Source: Takakia lepidozioides (lineage: Eukaryota > Plantae > Bryophyta). From it: a DNA stretch of 64,000 nucleotides. Below the pieces are notes generated by a model that worked only from the letters and a program-made list of their open reading frames with translations, was not told where the DNA came from and searched no databases. A program made the position numbers and the translations under genes. The stretch is taken from NCBI GenBank assembly GCA_030704615.1, contig CM060733.1, forward strand, positions 20,026,001 through 20,090,000. Direction: 5' to 3'. Positions 46,901 to 60,113 of the stretch are shown here, in pieces; the first letter of the stretch is position 1, and each line of letters begins with the position of its first letter.

Positions 46901-48029
46901 TCCACATTCTTCTCAAGTAGAAGTTAGCGTAAATAATAAGGGCGGCTTCCACTCGGGGACAGTAATTGGTACCATCTATCTGACTTCGGCAGTCTCGGTT
47001 TCTGACCCGGTTTCTGACTGTGGCCCTGCAGCTCCTGCAAGTCCCCAGAATGCATACGGGCAAAGGCCACCTGCATGTTTCGAGAACTCATATGCATGTG
47101 CGCAATGGCAGTCGCAAGGTCTCGCTGGATCGTCGCCAAAGATGCTTGCATCTGGGCTTGGCTTGATTTAGTTGAACATTAACCGAGTTCTCGCTGCGTC
47201 TCCGCCAAAGAGGCTTGCATGTGGGGCCTGGCTTGTTTCAATTGAACTAACTTGATTTTCCAGTCCAGCCACTGTGAGACTTCTGTCGAGGCTTGCTCAA
47301 ACTGATGCGGCGCTGCGGTTCAACTCGTTCTAAACCATCTTATACAGTTTATACTTATGAAGAATGGGGGGATACGGGATACAAAACTAGACAGTATCGT
47401 CTAAAATATTACTTCTCCCACCCACAGAAAACCACCACTTGGGTCTGAACAAGTTTTTGAAACAAGTTTTTGTTTGCATCCAGAAACTGGCAGGCAGCGT
47501 TCGCTGGTCCAGACAGAAATCGAAATTTTTTGCCCTATTTTAACATCACCTGTTTTCATCGTTTCCTCGTGTTGAGTGAGTAACAGATGCATGTGCAACA
47601 TCAGTTAATAATGTTAATGAAGTCGTGTGCAGGTGAGTGCGACAGTGTTTAGGGTGGTCTTCAAGTTCACCCAGGCTATGTTCCTTTTGCAACAAGTGTT
47701 ATTATGCAGAGTTTCACATCTATCCCAAAAGATAAAGAGATACACACTCAATCTGTACAGCGATATCAATACTTAAAACATGTATTTCTCAGGAATGCAG
47801 GAATGCACAGCACAGGTTCCGTGTATACATGTGAAAGAAAATTTCAAGAAATTTACGACTACGCACTTAGCAGATTCTGCAGTTTCAAACAGACAACGGC
47901 TGTTGCACGATTTCAAAAACTTAAGTAGCCGATAGGATGTCTGATCAACGGTTAACTATGTACAAATCCAACCAAAAGATCTATAGTCTTGAACTTGTGA
48001 TCATTGCCATCAATGGCATGATGCCAGCT

Positions 48030-48539
48030 TCACACGTCATTTTTGAACTTTGATTCATCGATATCGATTCCTTTCTCTGCAGCAACCTCCCCTCCAGACT
48101 GCTCATTTGTGGTAAGCCCACCCTTGCGGCCCATTTCCTGATAACCTTCCTTCCCCAGCTGCTCAGATCGAGTCTTTCCTCCCCTACTGCGGCCTGCATA
48201 TACAAGGGATTCAATATTCAACAAATCTGAATAAAAAGATTACATTTCCCGACATTACTAAACTTGGATTTTTCCAGGAATTCACAAACAACGACAAGAC
48301 CACAATGTATAATATGTACACTTTCCGCACACAGCCTCTCAAGCGGCGGACGAGGCACGGTCAACCATAACCCCAATTGCAGTTACCAAACTTCATGGAA
48401 TATAGATTACATAAACACTCGTACCCTCAGCTAAGTGCTCCTGGGCCTCCAGGCTCAGGCCACCGGTACCTCCCTCCACCACAGTTTCGCCAGCGTGAGC
48501 TCTAGCATCGAGCTCGCTTCTCTCCGACTTAGACGACAT
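48030..48539 (-). CDS. Em-like group 1 LEA (LEA_5) gene, copy 2, intact, 92 aa
   Basis: Exons 48425-48539 and 48030-48193; ends [13 protein letters not shown]. Confidence 0.93.
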
Positions 48540-48841
48540 TCTCCTTCCGCTTAGCTTCTCTTTCCCTGCGCACAATATGAACTTCGCCTGGAAATTTAGT
48601 ATACAATCAGAATTAGACAATAAAATCACTTAATGCGAGGACACGCCCGCGCGGGTGATAGTCAGACGGTACAAAGCAGCGAGAAGTATCCGGCACACAC
48701 GAGATAACCAACTGTCCTAAACTACACTCCGAGAACAACAAAACTTCATCCAAGTTAACACTCCCTTGCTCTCACATCTGCCGTAAATAATTTCAAAAAA
48801 ACTCCTTCGTATTTCGAGTAGTCTTATTTCGTGGAATAAAG

Positions 48842-48925
48842 TGCCAGGCTGGCGAGTGGCGTTACGGAGTGTAAGCCACTAGCGCGCGCGGCTTACACTC
48901 CGTAACGCCACTCGCCAGCCTGGCA
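48842..48925. repeat. Perfect 36-bp inverted repeat with 12-nt loop
   Basis: 48842-48877 is the exact reverse complement of 48890-48925. Confidence 0.95.
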
Positions 48926-49359
48926 AGGCATTTTATTTTTCTCCAATTGTTTACGCAGGGTAAGCAACCCACGCTCGTTGCTTCACTGATTCTCGCCCCT
49001 GCACCTCGGGCTCCGCCCTCGTGGCAAGGGGCTCACACCTGTGAAGCACCTCGCGTGGGTTGCTTACCCTACCCATAAAAACCACCCAACCATTTGCAAC
49101 TGTGACAGCTTGTTCGGCTTACAAGCAAAATGTATCAGCACCTAGGAACATTACGTCGTGGCCAAGAAAATTGAAGCACTCTGAAAGCTCAAGTAGTGAC
49201 AACGACAATGCAGTCCTGCAACACGCACTCACCTTCGGTTTAGCTCTGAACTCGATCAAAAGGCCCGCACCTGTATAACGCAGATGCACTCTCTCTTCAG
49301 ACAGAAAGCACTAGTACAGGAAGAGTGTGGTGTACTGCAGTTGATGGCGGCTCTAGCCG

Positions 49360-49550
49360 TTATATACCCTCCAGCAGCAGGGAGCAGGCCAGCTGTTTGT
49401 CACTCCTCCACTGGTCACAGCCCGTCACACATGTGGGCCTCCATACATCGGCAAGTGTGGCTATGGTAACCGGTTATCGCAGGTCGTGGCCGTTAGCGTC
49501 CCTGACGCGTGCAGCCGCTGCCACGATTCAGGCTATACTGCGTACGTGGC
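49360..49550 (-). promoter_or_regulatory. Em copy 2 promoter: TATA and ABRE
   Basis: TATATAA on the minus strand at 49360-49366; TACGTGGC at 49543-49550. Confidence 0.65.
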
Positions 49551-49829
49551 AGAGATCGCTGCTACGTGAGTTGGAATGGACATGCACTGGACGGCTGCTT
49601 CGGTGCCCTCATAACTTACTATTCTGCAGAGTCCCTCGATGGCACAACTGCGCTTTTGCAATTCACTGCCGACGCTCCAAAGGGACTGCCGATGTTTTTA
49701 GTAGGCCTTGTGTGGAGGACCTTCAAAAATCTGCTTGTGTGGCCCTTTGATAAGTGACAAAGAGTTTAGTTATGAAGAGCGCCGCCTTCAGGTTTGCGCG
49801 TGTAGAGTGAGGCCATGAAATTAAAGTAG

Positions 49830-51340
49830 TGAAGCCCTTCATGCTCCCACATTTGTCGCACATGCCAACAAGAGTGTTGTCCAAATTGATTTGAATCAAT
49901 TCGAGCTTCAATGATGTTGACATGGACATCATTCCCCTTCTAAGACTGCGAACTGCAAATGTACGGTACCCTAAATTGGGTCTCACAATTGTTGCATATC
50001 TGTTCATACAAATCCAAAGCCTCCCCACAAAGCCCAATCTCAGGGCATATCGTCCAATCGTGCCACCACATTTCGTTGAGCGATATTGTCAAAAACACGT
50101 TGCGTGCATCCTTATTGACCTTTTCCAGGGCTCCTAAGGCTGGCAGAAGCAGTGAAGTATCCAACACGAATGTGTTGGGCAAAACCCTGTTTGCTTCCTA
50201 GCTACTTCTCGAAAAGGTCCTCCCGACTGCAAACATTTGTAGCATCTGCATTCAGGCAGTTTGTCAAACACTTGCGTGTAGGGAATTCCAAAAAGGCCTT
50301 GATGTGAAATGCATCGCAATTCACTTGATCACCCCTTAAAAGTGCGCAATTCAATTGAATTGCAAGGGCAATTCAATTGAACTAACCCTAATTTGCAATT
50401 CAATTGAATCGCTAGTTGGCAATTCAATTGAATTGTAATATATAATTTTTAACTTATTTCTGTATATAATATATATTTGTATATATTTAAATTATACATA
50501 TATACATACATAGGTATAAGCTAAAAATACATGTTGCCCGTCTATTCTTGCTGTCCGTCTGTCAATCCTTTGCCCGTGGTAAGGCTCGAGCCCAAGATCA
50601 GCCTAAGGGAGAGCGAGAGAGGGAGAGAGAGAGAGGGGAAGTTAAGAGTTTGATATATTAAACTTACATAGAACACACATCCCAACTTCAACATGATACC
50701 TTTGTAAGGGTATCGAAATTTTTGATAATTCTCAAGATGAACATATTTTTTGTTTTCTTTGTCCTGGGCCAGATACTAGTGTTAGGGGACTACATGGTGA
50801 TGCAAGGGAAGCCTTTCATCAATTGTCAGGTTTGATTTTGTCTGTTTTTTTCGGAGCCAGCCATGTTTCTTTTGCCACAGGAAGCTGCTGATCTGTCTCC
50901 GTCTCTGGCTCTCCCTTTCTCGCTGAGGCTGAGGGTGGTTTCACAACTCCACAATTTCCTCAAGGGCACAAGAAAGAGGGCCAGCATGAATAGACGGGCA
51001 ACATGTATTTTTAGCATATACTCTTATATGTGTATAAATATAATTTAAATATATACATGTACATATATATTATATATTATATACAAAAATAAGTTAAAAA
51101 TTCAATTGAATTGCCAATTCGCAATTCAATTGAGTCGTGTGTGTGCCGACAATTCAATTGAATTGCAAATTAGGGTTAGTTCAATTGAATTGCCCTTGCA
51201 ATTCAATTGAATTGCGCACTTTTAGGGGGGTGATCAAGTGAATTGCAATGCATTTCACATCAAGGCCTTTTTGGAATTCCCTACACGTGCACCTGCCACA
51301 TTCCCCCACTTTGCACATATTGACATGGGTGTTCACTAGT
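49830..51340 (-). pseudogene. Decayed PLS-type PPR sequence interrupted by a MITE
   Basis: NMCKVGNVAGAR / QVFDKL on either side of the MITE; EALDLYEQ; NTLVGMCDKCGSM. Confidence 0.6.
50281..51281. mobile_element. 1.0-kb non-autonomous TIR element with long (about 270 bp) inverted repeats
   Basis: GGGAATTCCAAAAAGGCCTTGATGTGAAATGC... at both ends in inverted orientation, flanked by TA; internal AATTCAATTGAATT palindrome arrays. Confidence 0.9.
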
Positions 51341-52811
51341 CAGATGTTTGGCTGGCTTGAGTTTCAATATGTGGGTGTGCATCTTTTTCCCCAGCTAGCT
51401 GGTCACTTCCTGTTGAAGTAAACTCCTAGCATCACACCAGGCCTCAGAAATGTTTTCCGCCTCAGTTCTGCTTCTTCAGTGTTCTGCTGGAAGCCATTCT
51501 CGGTTACTGTTTGATATCTGTCCAAAGAAATCATTCCACAAAGTAGTACATCAATAAAACAATGGCAGACTCCATGTGTATGTCACGTCTTCTTCCCATA
51601 AGCTCTTTGGCTCGCTGTGGAAAGTATGCAACTGTTGCTTTCTTGCTTCATGGAGGCCCCTGTAAACTGTTTGGGCTTTCATTGGGTTTGATAAAGTTTC
51701 TGTTCGGAACATACATGCCAAACACACTGCTGGTAGATCTTATGAAGTCCTAATAGTCCTAATAATAAAGGAGTGCGTGGCTCCTGCCAGAGTCTTCTTC
51801 CACATAGCAGGAAATGTTGCTAGGTCACAGCCTCTGAGTCAAGGTGATGATTTTTCTGGCTAGTCTTGAGAACCAATATGATTGGCTACGCAATAAAAAT
51901 ACTGACATGATCCATTGTTGTGCGCCATCTATATCTGCTGTGTCCTGGCAATTAATGGGCGTGGAAGAGAACAATGGGCCCCACCTCCTCCTCGAGTCCA
52001 GGTGTGATATTTTTAATTGTCAATGGCATGTTGAGGGATAGCATCCGGATTGACTGGTGCATCCCAACCAGGCATTGTCTTGGACCCCTGTCATCCAATA
52101 CAAAATCCAAAACCGTTTCATAAACCAAATTTCAATATAAGGGCCAGATTCTTATGTTAGATCCGTCTGATCCCTACTGCTCAATCTTGGATTCATTGGT
52201 CGCATCATCAAACGGTGCACCGCAACATTCCGAATCACTTCATTCTGCCGATTGCTTCACATTTTCACAGTTGGAAGCCAAATCAGGACCGCATATTTGA
52301 AGCAATCCCAGGCCGCAATCAACCCAAAACAGACTAAAACGAGTGGAAGTCCACTGGGCTGCAAAGCTTCGACTTTCGTAGCCAGTGCACTCCCTAACGC
52401 TATGGCGTTGAAGTTCAGAACATGTCCGTCACGTCTGGTGACATTTCTTCCCAGTCTGATAGCAATTCCGGCCATGGAAATACAATTAAAGACCCAGAAT
52501 TTTCCCTCTCGAATGATAGCAGATAATCGAGCAGCGCAAGCAGAGATGGAGAAGCTGGAAGACGAGACACCCAACCGATGCCAAGCTTCTTCTGAGACAC
52601 GAGTCCTCAGAATGGGAGGGAGCGATCTACAGGTGTCAGCGTTCTTGACTGCCACCTATCCCACGCAGGTGTGTATGAGTCCATCTTATGTATGTATGCA
52701 ACAGTCATTCAATGGGTGAAAGATGAACAGATGAACAGATGAATAGATGAACGTAGCTATGGATAATCTTTTCCACTGGTGGATGAACGCGATCCACAGC
52801 AACTAGCCCAG

Positions 52812-52825
52812 TTTAGGGTTTAGGG
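52812..52825 (+). promoter_or_regulatory. Telo-box (TTTAGGG x2) just upstream of the start codon
   Basis: TTTAGGGTTTAGGG about 25 bp before ATG 52849. Confidence 0.5.
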
Positions 52826-52848
52826 TCTTCAGAGTGGAAGGTCGAGCT

Positions 52849-55800
52849 ATGGCCGCTGGCGATGGTGACAAGCCCTTGAGGTCGTCAAGGGAAGACAGTG
52901 GCGGAGGAAGGAGAGGACATCGAAGTCGACACCGGCATAGCAGTGTCGACGCTCCCCCCAGAAGAAGATTCGAAAGATCTCGTTCATCGAGCGCTGAGGA
53001 GGAGATAGAGAAAAGGAGAAGTAGCCCTCGAGGCCATGAAAGGCATGACCGGACTGGGGACCGGGGAGAAATGCGGGAAAGGGAGGCGAGAAGTAAGGAA
53101 TTCCGAGGATTTTCTGATGGGAATGATAGTGTGAAAAGGGAGCGTGACTTGAGTCGACTGGACGGCAGCGATGGTGCTGGAGATGATGTGGGGAGTAGGG
53201 AGAAGAGACGCCTCAAGGCTGATAAAGAACACCGGAAGGCAGAGGTGGAGATAACGAGTAGTAGCGATGACGGCAGTGAGGAGGAAGAGGAAGAAGAAAG
53301 TAGCGAGGGTGGCCGACGGAGTAAAAAACGAAAAGGAGCGGGGAATGGAGAGGTTCGGGATGAGAAGGAAAGGAAAAGGAGACATCGCTCGGCAGATTCA
53401 GGCAGTGAAGAAGATGAGGGAAGCTCGGACAGTGAGAGTGCATCTGCCGGCACTGCCGGTAGTTCCGATGAGAGCCAGGATGAGCGCGAGCGTGCAAGGA
53501 AGCGGAAAAAACGGAAGAGGAGAGAGGAGAGGGAGAGAGGGAAGGAGAAGCACCAGCGAAGAAAGGAGAAGGTAAGATAACGAAGAGGATTCACTTTACA
53601 GGAATCACATGTCCGGGTCTTTCCACCGAGCAATTTTCCTGTCATGAGAGCTTTTCGAAGAGTCGAACTAAATCACCGCAGCCATTGAGCATCAGTTAAC
53701 CAGGGTTAGCCAAATTACCCAGTACTCTGCTCCTTCAAAGGGCATTGTCAACCTGTCTGAAAGCAGGTCTGTATCTCTAAAAAGTTCATTCTTCGTTCCC
53801 TAAAAAGTTTGGCTGTGCAGCAATTCATATCATGGAGAGGAGATATTACAATAACAACAGTATGGAATTGTACACAGTCCAGTTTCAATGGACCAATTAA
53901 TGAGTTGTGTACATACGGTTGAACTGATAGGTCTCCATCAACTGAGCTATCTGTAATGTATGGGGGGATCAACTGACCCTAAAGCCCTGGCCCTGTTGGA
54001 GTCTGATTGCTGGGCAACTCACACACAGCAGGTGGATGTCTGTGTGAAGGGCTGATAGCTGGTAAGTCCGAACTAATTGTTTATATCAAGGTAAGTCCCA
54101 CTGCCGGAGTGAGCCCCTCACAAAGGTAGTGTCTGTTCCCGATTGTTCCACCCAAAGTGAGCGCAGGGTCTATGCCTCAGGGCTACGGCAAATAGCGTCT
54201 TAGGGGTACATTATAATATATGGGCCCTTACATATGCTCCCTCTGGCAGATCGAAATGAAACTACCAATGTTGTGTGGAATAATTGTGTGGAATACACCC
54301 CAGGATTTTTCCCTGTTTTGTGTTGAATAAATTTTGCTCTGTGTTTTGTTTTGTCAGCAGTTTACTTCTTCAATTCATTCACCTCAAATGCATTTGTAAG
54401 TTGTACCACATCATGTATGCAAGAGAGGAGGCCAACTAATGAAGGGCTCCCTCGGAAATGTAGAAGCGAAAGCTGAAAGAGAAGGAGCGTGAACAAGAGA
54501 AGAGGAGGAAGAAGAAGGAGAAGGTGGAAAAGCGTGCCAAGGGCCCCATCACATCCTCATGGGGAAAATATGGGTTGATTAAGGAAATTGATATGTGGTT
54601 AGTATTCCTGCCCAAGTCATCCTCGTAGAAGGTTGTTGTATTATGGCCAAGCAGAGAAGTTGCCTGAAAGTCAGAAATTATTGGCTTTTAGTGCTACAGT
54701 TCTTAATGTCAAGAATTCTGCTTTGAATGCATCAGGAGAGAAAGCAATGTTTTGAGTATATCAAAGCAGTGAAACATTTAAATGCACAGAGGAGGTACTG
54801 CTACCTCCTCAGCTACTTGAGACAAATTTTAAAGATGTTGTACCTTCTTCTTTCAGACAAGTATATTATGGAATGGTTGACCTGTGGATGTTTCGTTCAA
54901 TTTGTGTACCATCCTCTAATTGTAGGTTGTGAGCTTGTGTCTTGTTAAGTTAACTTTCGTTGCACACAAAAATTGTAACTGAATTTTGTTTGCATTCATA
55001 CACGTTCATTTGGTGATACTTCATTTCAAATTATTCAGAATTTATTTCATCACATGCATGTAGCATTTATTAGTTCTGTTTGTTTTCCAGGACCAAGCGT
55101 CCTGAGTTCAGTGCCTGGTTGTCAGAAGTGAGAAAGGTATTTGAACACGACCCCACATGAATCCCCTGAAAGTGAAGGTTACTGACTACTTTCCAGGTAG
55201 ACTTTGATTATTGCATGTATGGTCACATCTGAAATTGTGTGAAATGGGGCAGGCTCTGTAAGGATGTTTGTGCATTTTGTATTGTATTCAAAGTTTGAAT
55301 CCACAGTGTAATTGAATTAAAGATGTTGATGGGCTTTTCAATGTCTTGCAGGTGAATTTGGAGACACTGACAACGCGAGAGGAGAAGGAGATGTTCAAGC
55401 AGTATGTTTCACTTTTACCTTGTGAGAAAGAGACAGAGAGCATGTATTTGTTCCTCACAAAGGTTGACTATTATGTACCCTCCGTGGCGTAGTCCTCTGC
55501 CCCTCCCCCGCCCAAATGCAGGTCATGGGGTTCCTCCCCAGCATGGTATAGAGATTTAGCCTGAAATCACCTAGCCCTCGGCAGAAGACAAGCTGGTTGA
55601 TTCTTGGATGTATGGGCTCATATAGGCACTATACTGGGAAACACACGATTAATTTCAGAACTGTTGCTAACATGTATGTTAAGTGCGGGAGCATCATGGA
55701 TGCTCACCAAGGGCCCAATTTGGCCACAGATGTGACAGTTCCAGTCAACAATTACCATCATGTTTGCCCAATGATTGTTTCAACTATTATCACAGAAAGT

Positions 55801-58397
55801 GTGTGGGATGTCTAGGTTTAAGTTACCATGGTCTTGTGAGGATTTTGACCTGGAATCCCTTGACACTTTCTTGGGGTGGATCATGCCATGCAGGTACATG
55901 GAGGACTACAACACGGCTACATTCCCGTCTAAGAAGTTAGTTGCTTTGCCTCTGACAAAAATTTCTCACTAGATTTGAAGTAATGGGAGTATACAGAGTC
56001 ATGGGAGTTTCTGATGGCAAGAAGCAGTAGATTATGAGAAAATTGGAAGTGGAAACTTATATTGGACATGTTTGCATACTTTTGAAGATATTCAGGTCAA
56101 GAAACCTGGACCTGAACTGGTGGTTGACACTGGACTAGATTTAACATGTTTTTTTTTCAACATTAGCTGGTCCTTGCAATCCAAGACAATGCAAGAAACA
56201 CTGGCTGAATGTTTAGCTTAATGTTCGCAATCCATTCTTCAATAAAAGGGACTGATCAAGATCCTCCTCGAAAGTATATTTTTCCTCCAATGATAACCAA
56301 CAGATTATAATACTACAGCCACCTTTTGATCACTGCAATGTATATTTGAAACGTTCACAAGAGGATAGGGTGTGTCATATCTAGTGTTGTCATCATATGA
56401 TTCATGAGGAAGGTTGTTGCTTTGTGTAAAACCCAGATACTACAACATTGATATCTACCACCGTAGAAAGATGACAAAGATGAGGGTCAAGGGTATGATG
56501 GCGATGGCAAAGGCAAAGACTGAGCGCACGGAGTTTAACGATGAAGAGCAGCGACGGTCTCTCTCTCTCTCTCTTGCTTGAACCTCACAAAGCTAAACCC
56601 TGGTGGGTGTAAATCCCACGAAAGGATCCGGGATGGTTAGTTTCCAGCAGGGTCAATGGTTGTAAGGCTATGGCAAGCCAACAATCACAAGGAACGGCAT
56701 GAGTAGATTCTCTCATGCTTGAACCTCTCTTGATCCGCACCTCTTGTCTCCAATTGAAAATCTCTAGGCTGAGACTAAAGCCCTGGCCCTGTTGGGGCAG
56801 CTCACACACAGAAGGTTGATGTTTGTGTGAAGGTCTTTTTAGAGGATATCTGGAAAGCCCGAACTAAATGTTATATCAAGGTAAGTCCCACTACTGGAGT
56901 GAGCCCCTCACAAAGGTAGTGTCTGTTCGCTTTTGTTCCACCCGAACTGGGTGTGGGGTCTTATGGCCACCCAATGTCTTATGAGTACATTCTCTTGCTT
57001 GATGCTGGTTGGATGTTCTGGTTGGACATTGCAATGACAATGCTATGTGTGTAGGAGGAACAAAGTTCCTTCCTTTGTTTCTTGACAGGGATGTATTCAA
57101 TAGTGGAGATGTAGTTTGTATTTGTGACACCTGGTTGATGGGAGATCGTGGGATGATTGCAGGCAAGAGCTCATGAGGGAGCGAGCAAAGCAAAAGGAAG
57201 CAGAGGTGGAGGCTCTTAAACGTTCCATGCAGAGTGGCATGGTATGGCATTGCCCTACCTCTCTTTAGTCAGTTTTTGGCCATGGACTGGACTGTTGTGT
57301 AGTTTGACAATTTTTATTAATTTTGCAAATGATTGAAGCTTTTTCCCTCTCTCCCTTCCTACTGTGCCCATAGGCCCTTTCTACCAGAATAGTATTTCTT
57401 TTTGTCGTCCGTTTCTCTTCTTCACGTTGTAGTGAAATCATTTGCACTGTCATACCTACACGTGTGCCCTTTTGGTTGTTTTCCCCCTGTTAAACCTGGG
57501 AGCAAAAACCCAGGGTCTTTGAAGGGATGGGAAAAGAGAACTAATTTCATTTATAAGCTATGAGGCTGTATGTCAAAGATGACCAAAGTGCTTAGCTAAT
57601 TGGAACCGGTCAAACCAGGCCATGAGAGATTAGAGGCAACAATGTAGCAGCCAGGATCTTAACCCAGGATCACTTGGGCAGTATTCAGTGCTGTATCCAA
57701 CCAAGCTACCCACTGACGATGTCAAACTCTTTGAACCTTGACGACCCTTCAAAACATATCTGGCTCCTGGGCTGTAAATCCTACTTTGCATGTGGCCTTG
57801 AGTCTTACTTATTAGGGGTCATATGGAAAAACATGTGGTAGTTTTAGACATGGAAGAGAGTACTGCTAGAAAAGTCAAAGATGAGTGTGCATGTGCGTTG
57901 TTAGAGATATTCTAGTGCTTATGTGAGTATTCACTAGTTTCACATCAAATCATGAGTGTGAACCTTGCCACGCTAATCTCTGTGGTGGATGCTCCAGGCT
58001 TCTTAAAGGACATTCATAACCAGGATTGGAGTTTGTATGTTGGATGGTGGCAGGGACAAGCCATGAGGGAACAAGCCCAGCTACGAGAAGAGATGCAATA
58101 CCACTACCGCTTGGGCAACACAAAGGTGCCAATATAACTTCAATCACACTTTGAAATTTGCAGGACATCGTATCTTTTATACTCCACATCAAAGGGTAGG
58201 GTTTGTCTGAAAATGTGCTCCAAGCAGAAGCACACGAATGGTCAATCCTTCCTGTTCTTATGGATCGAGAAGAATAGTAAGCCTAATGGACACAGAAGAT
58301 GGGACTGACCGATCTCGTGCTGTTGCTCGACTTGTCACAGGCAGCAGCAGCAATACAAAGACGGCTGGATCCGGATGCCCTTGGTGGAGATAGTTGA
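52849..58397 (+). CDS. Conserved uncharacterised Arg/Glu/Ser-rich protein, 9 exons (probably nuclear/RNA-associated)
   Basis: Exons 52849-53571, 54464-54597, 55091-55136, 55352-55401, 55894-55935, 56437-56556, 57163-57241, 58054-58125 and 58341-58397 splice in frame with GT-AG introns; conserved core SWGKYGLIKEIDMWTKRPEFSAWL...MEDYNTATFPSKKYY...IQRRLDPD. Confidence 0.88.
53979..54155 (+). repeat. Dispersed intronic repeat, copy A (copy B at about 56775-56945)
   Basis: CTAAAGCCCTGGCCCTGTTGG...CAAGGTAAGTCCCACT...GAGCCCCTCACAAAGGTAGTGTCTGTTC occurs in introns 1 and 6. Confidence 0.8.
57645..57715 (-). mobile_element. tRNA-like SINE head or tRNA pseudogene
   Basis: A-box-like TAGCTTGGTTGG and B-box-like GGTTAAGATCC on the minus strand. 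Confidence 0.45.
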
Positions 58398-58744
58398 TTT
58401 GTTGTATTAGCTTTACCTGATATTGTGTGAGGGGGAATGTGCCAACCCTAAAGGCAGCATTGGATCAGGTAGGTAAACTTCCGAACACAATTTTTGCTAG
58501 TCTTCGGTCATACTACATCCGCACTTGAAGAATCTGTCCATTTAAAAGGGATCTTTTTCAATCTAGCTCCCAAGCGCCAAACCCACCAACATTCAACGTG
58601 TGGGACCTTGGTGGCGTCCAGAGCAGATACGGACCATACCTAGAGGATCACTGCACTCTCTCTCACATACACATGTAGGACAATGAACTAACACTAACAA
58701 GCAAGCAGTACACGAGGCAAGCACAGGATAATGATACTAAGTAT

Positions 58745-59580
58745 CTCCCCCTCTTGCTAATCTGGTCTGCAAATGAACTCTCTCAGAGGCTACCTTTATA
58801 CACTATTCTCAGACAGTTTAGTAGTTAAAGGTGATAATGAGTAAGCTCTAGGCTAGGTCAATGAGCTTCCAAGTAATGGGACAAAATATCTGCGATCTAT
58901 TGAAAAGGCTTAGTTTTCCATCCTCAATGAGATCTAGGAACATGCTGAGTAGTCCTTGGCATTGCAACAGAGTTAACCTGGCACTCAACTGGCACTTTTT
59001 GGTCAATTTGGCTTTGTCTAAATGATGTGGAGAATCTTGAGTTTTTCAAATATCTTCTAAAGTATTTTGTGTAAGTCACTGTTGGGCAGCCTAGGTGAGA
59101 CGTAGGTTGCCATCGTGACTTACCATGTATTCGCCAGAGCAGTGCAGCTACATGCTCTAACAAACTTCCTCACTACATGCATGCTACACCAAGACTCCAA
59201 GGGTTATTCAAGACAAGGAGAAAAGCAACGCACATGGATCGCTAGTTGACACACCAAGGCAATGAGGAGGTCGTGCAAACTTACTAGCTTGGCAACAAGT
59301 AGAAGAGAAGTGTACTGAGTTTAGAGATGAGCCTCAGACACTTGACACTTGGCCTAGCTTGGGATGGTGTGAATTTCTACTCAAGTAGTCAATTACAATT
59401 TAACACCGCGGCTGACAACCAAGAAGGTCTTGATGTTGAGCCTGATGGTACAAGGAAGATTTCAAGTGCATAATATGGACATTTATATGCAATGCTTGGA
59501 TAAGTTAGGGCTAGATCTTCAAGAGAGTGGAAAATGGTCAACACGCTTTTCCTCGCCATAGACCATCACTTCAGAACATT
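58745..59580 (-). mobile_element. Ty1/Copia RT/RNase H remnant
   Basis: KSRWQPT and IADIL relics; PPT AAGAGGGGGAG near 58745-58755. Confidence 0.6.
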
Positions 59581-59615
59581 TTGGAAGATCAACAAAAGTT
59601 TGGGAGAGTTACTAC

Positions 59616-60113
59616 CAGTGTTTGTCCATTTTTTAATACCAGACTGGTCCTGGTATGAAGGGTCCCCCCTTTTTCATACCAGGCTGGTATAGGTATCTAT
59701 ACAGGTATGAGCAACTTGGGTATGAATCTGGTATGAGTAGTTGTACTTTGGGCTGTATATGAGTATGGTACTGGTATTGCCCTTTCTCTGTAGTGATACT
59801 GGTATGGTATTTCTACAGCTCACCATACATAGAAATAAATGTCATTTAGCACATAGCTAATTTTAATCCAAGCTGTGAAACACTAGGCAAAGGTAACCCA
59901 AAGTAGCACAAAACAGCAAATGAAGTGTAAATTGCAACATGGAGCCTTGAATTAACCAAATTGTAGTACAGGGTATAACTAGCTGCACTAACATATACTC
60001 ATGGCGAATGGGTACACTGGTTCTTTCATACCCGACTTGGTATGTTCTTCAATATATATATTCATACCTGTATTCCATACCTAGGTTAAACCAGGTATAC
60101 CAGTCCAACACTG
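59616..60113. mobile_element. hAT-type MITE, 498 bp
   Basis: CAGTGTT...AACACTG termini with a perfect 8-bp TSD GTTACTAC (59608-59615 and 60114-60121). Confidence 0.88.

Noticed and set aside
52252-52719. Overlapping ORFs upstream of the 9-exon gene
   Set aside because: No recognisable domain on either strand, and no consistent gene model could be built.
52803-53645. 280-aa minus-strand ORF
   Set aside because: Antisense shadow of the low-complexity purine-rich exon 1 on the plus strand.
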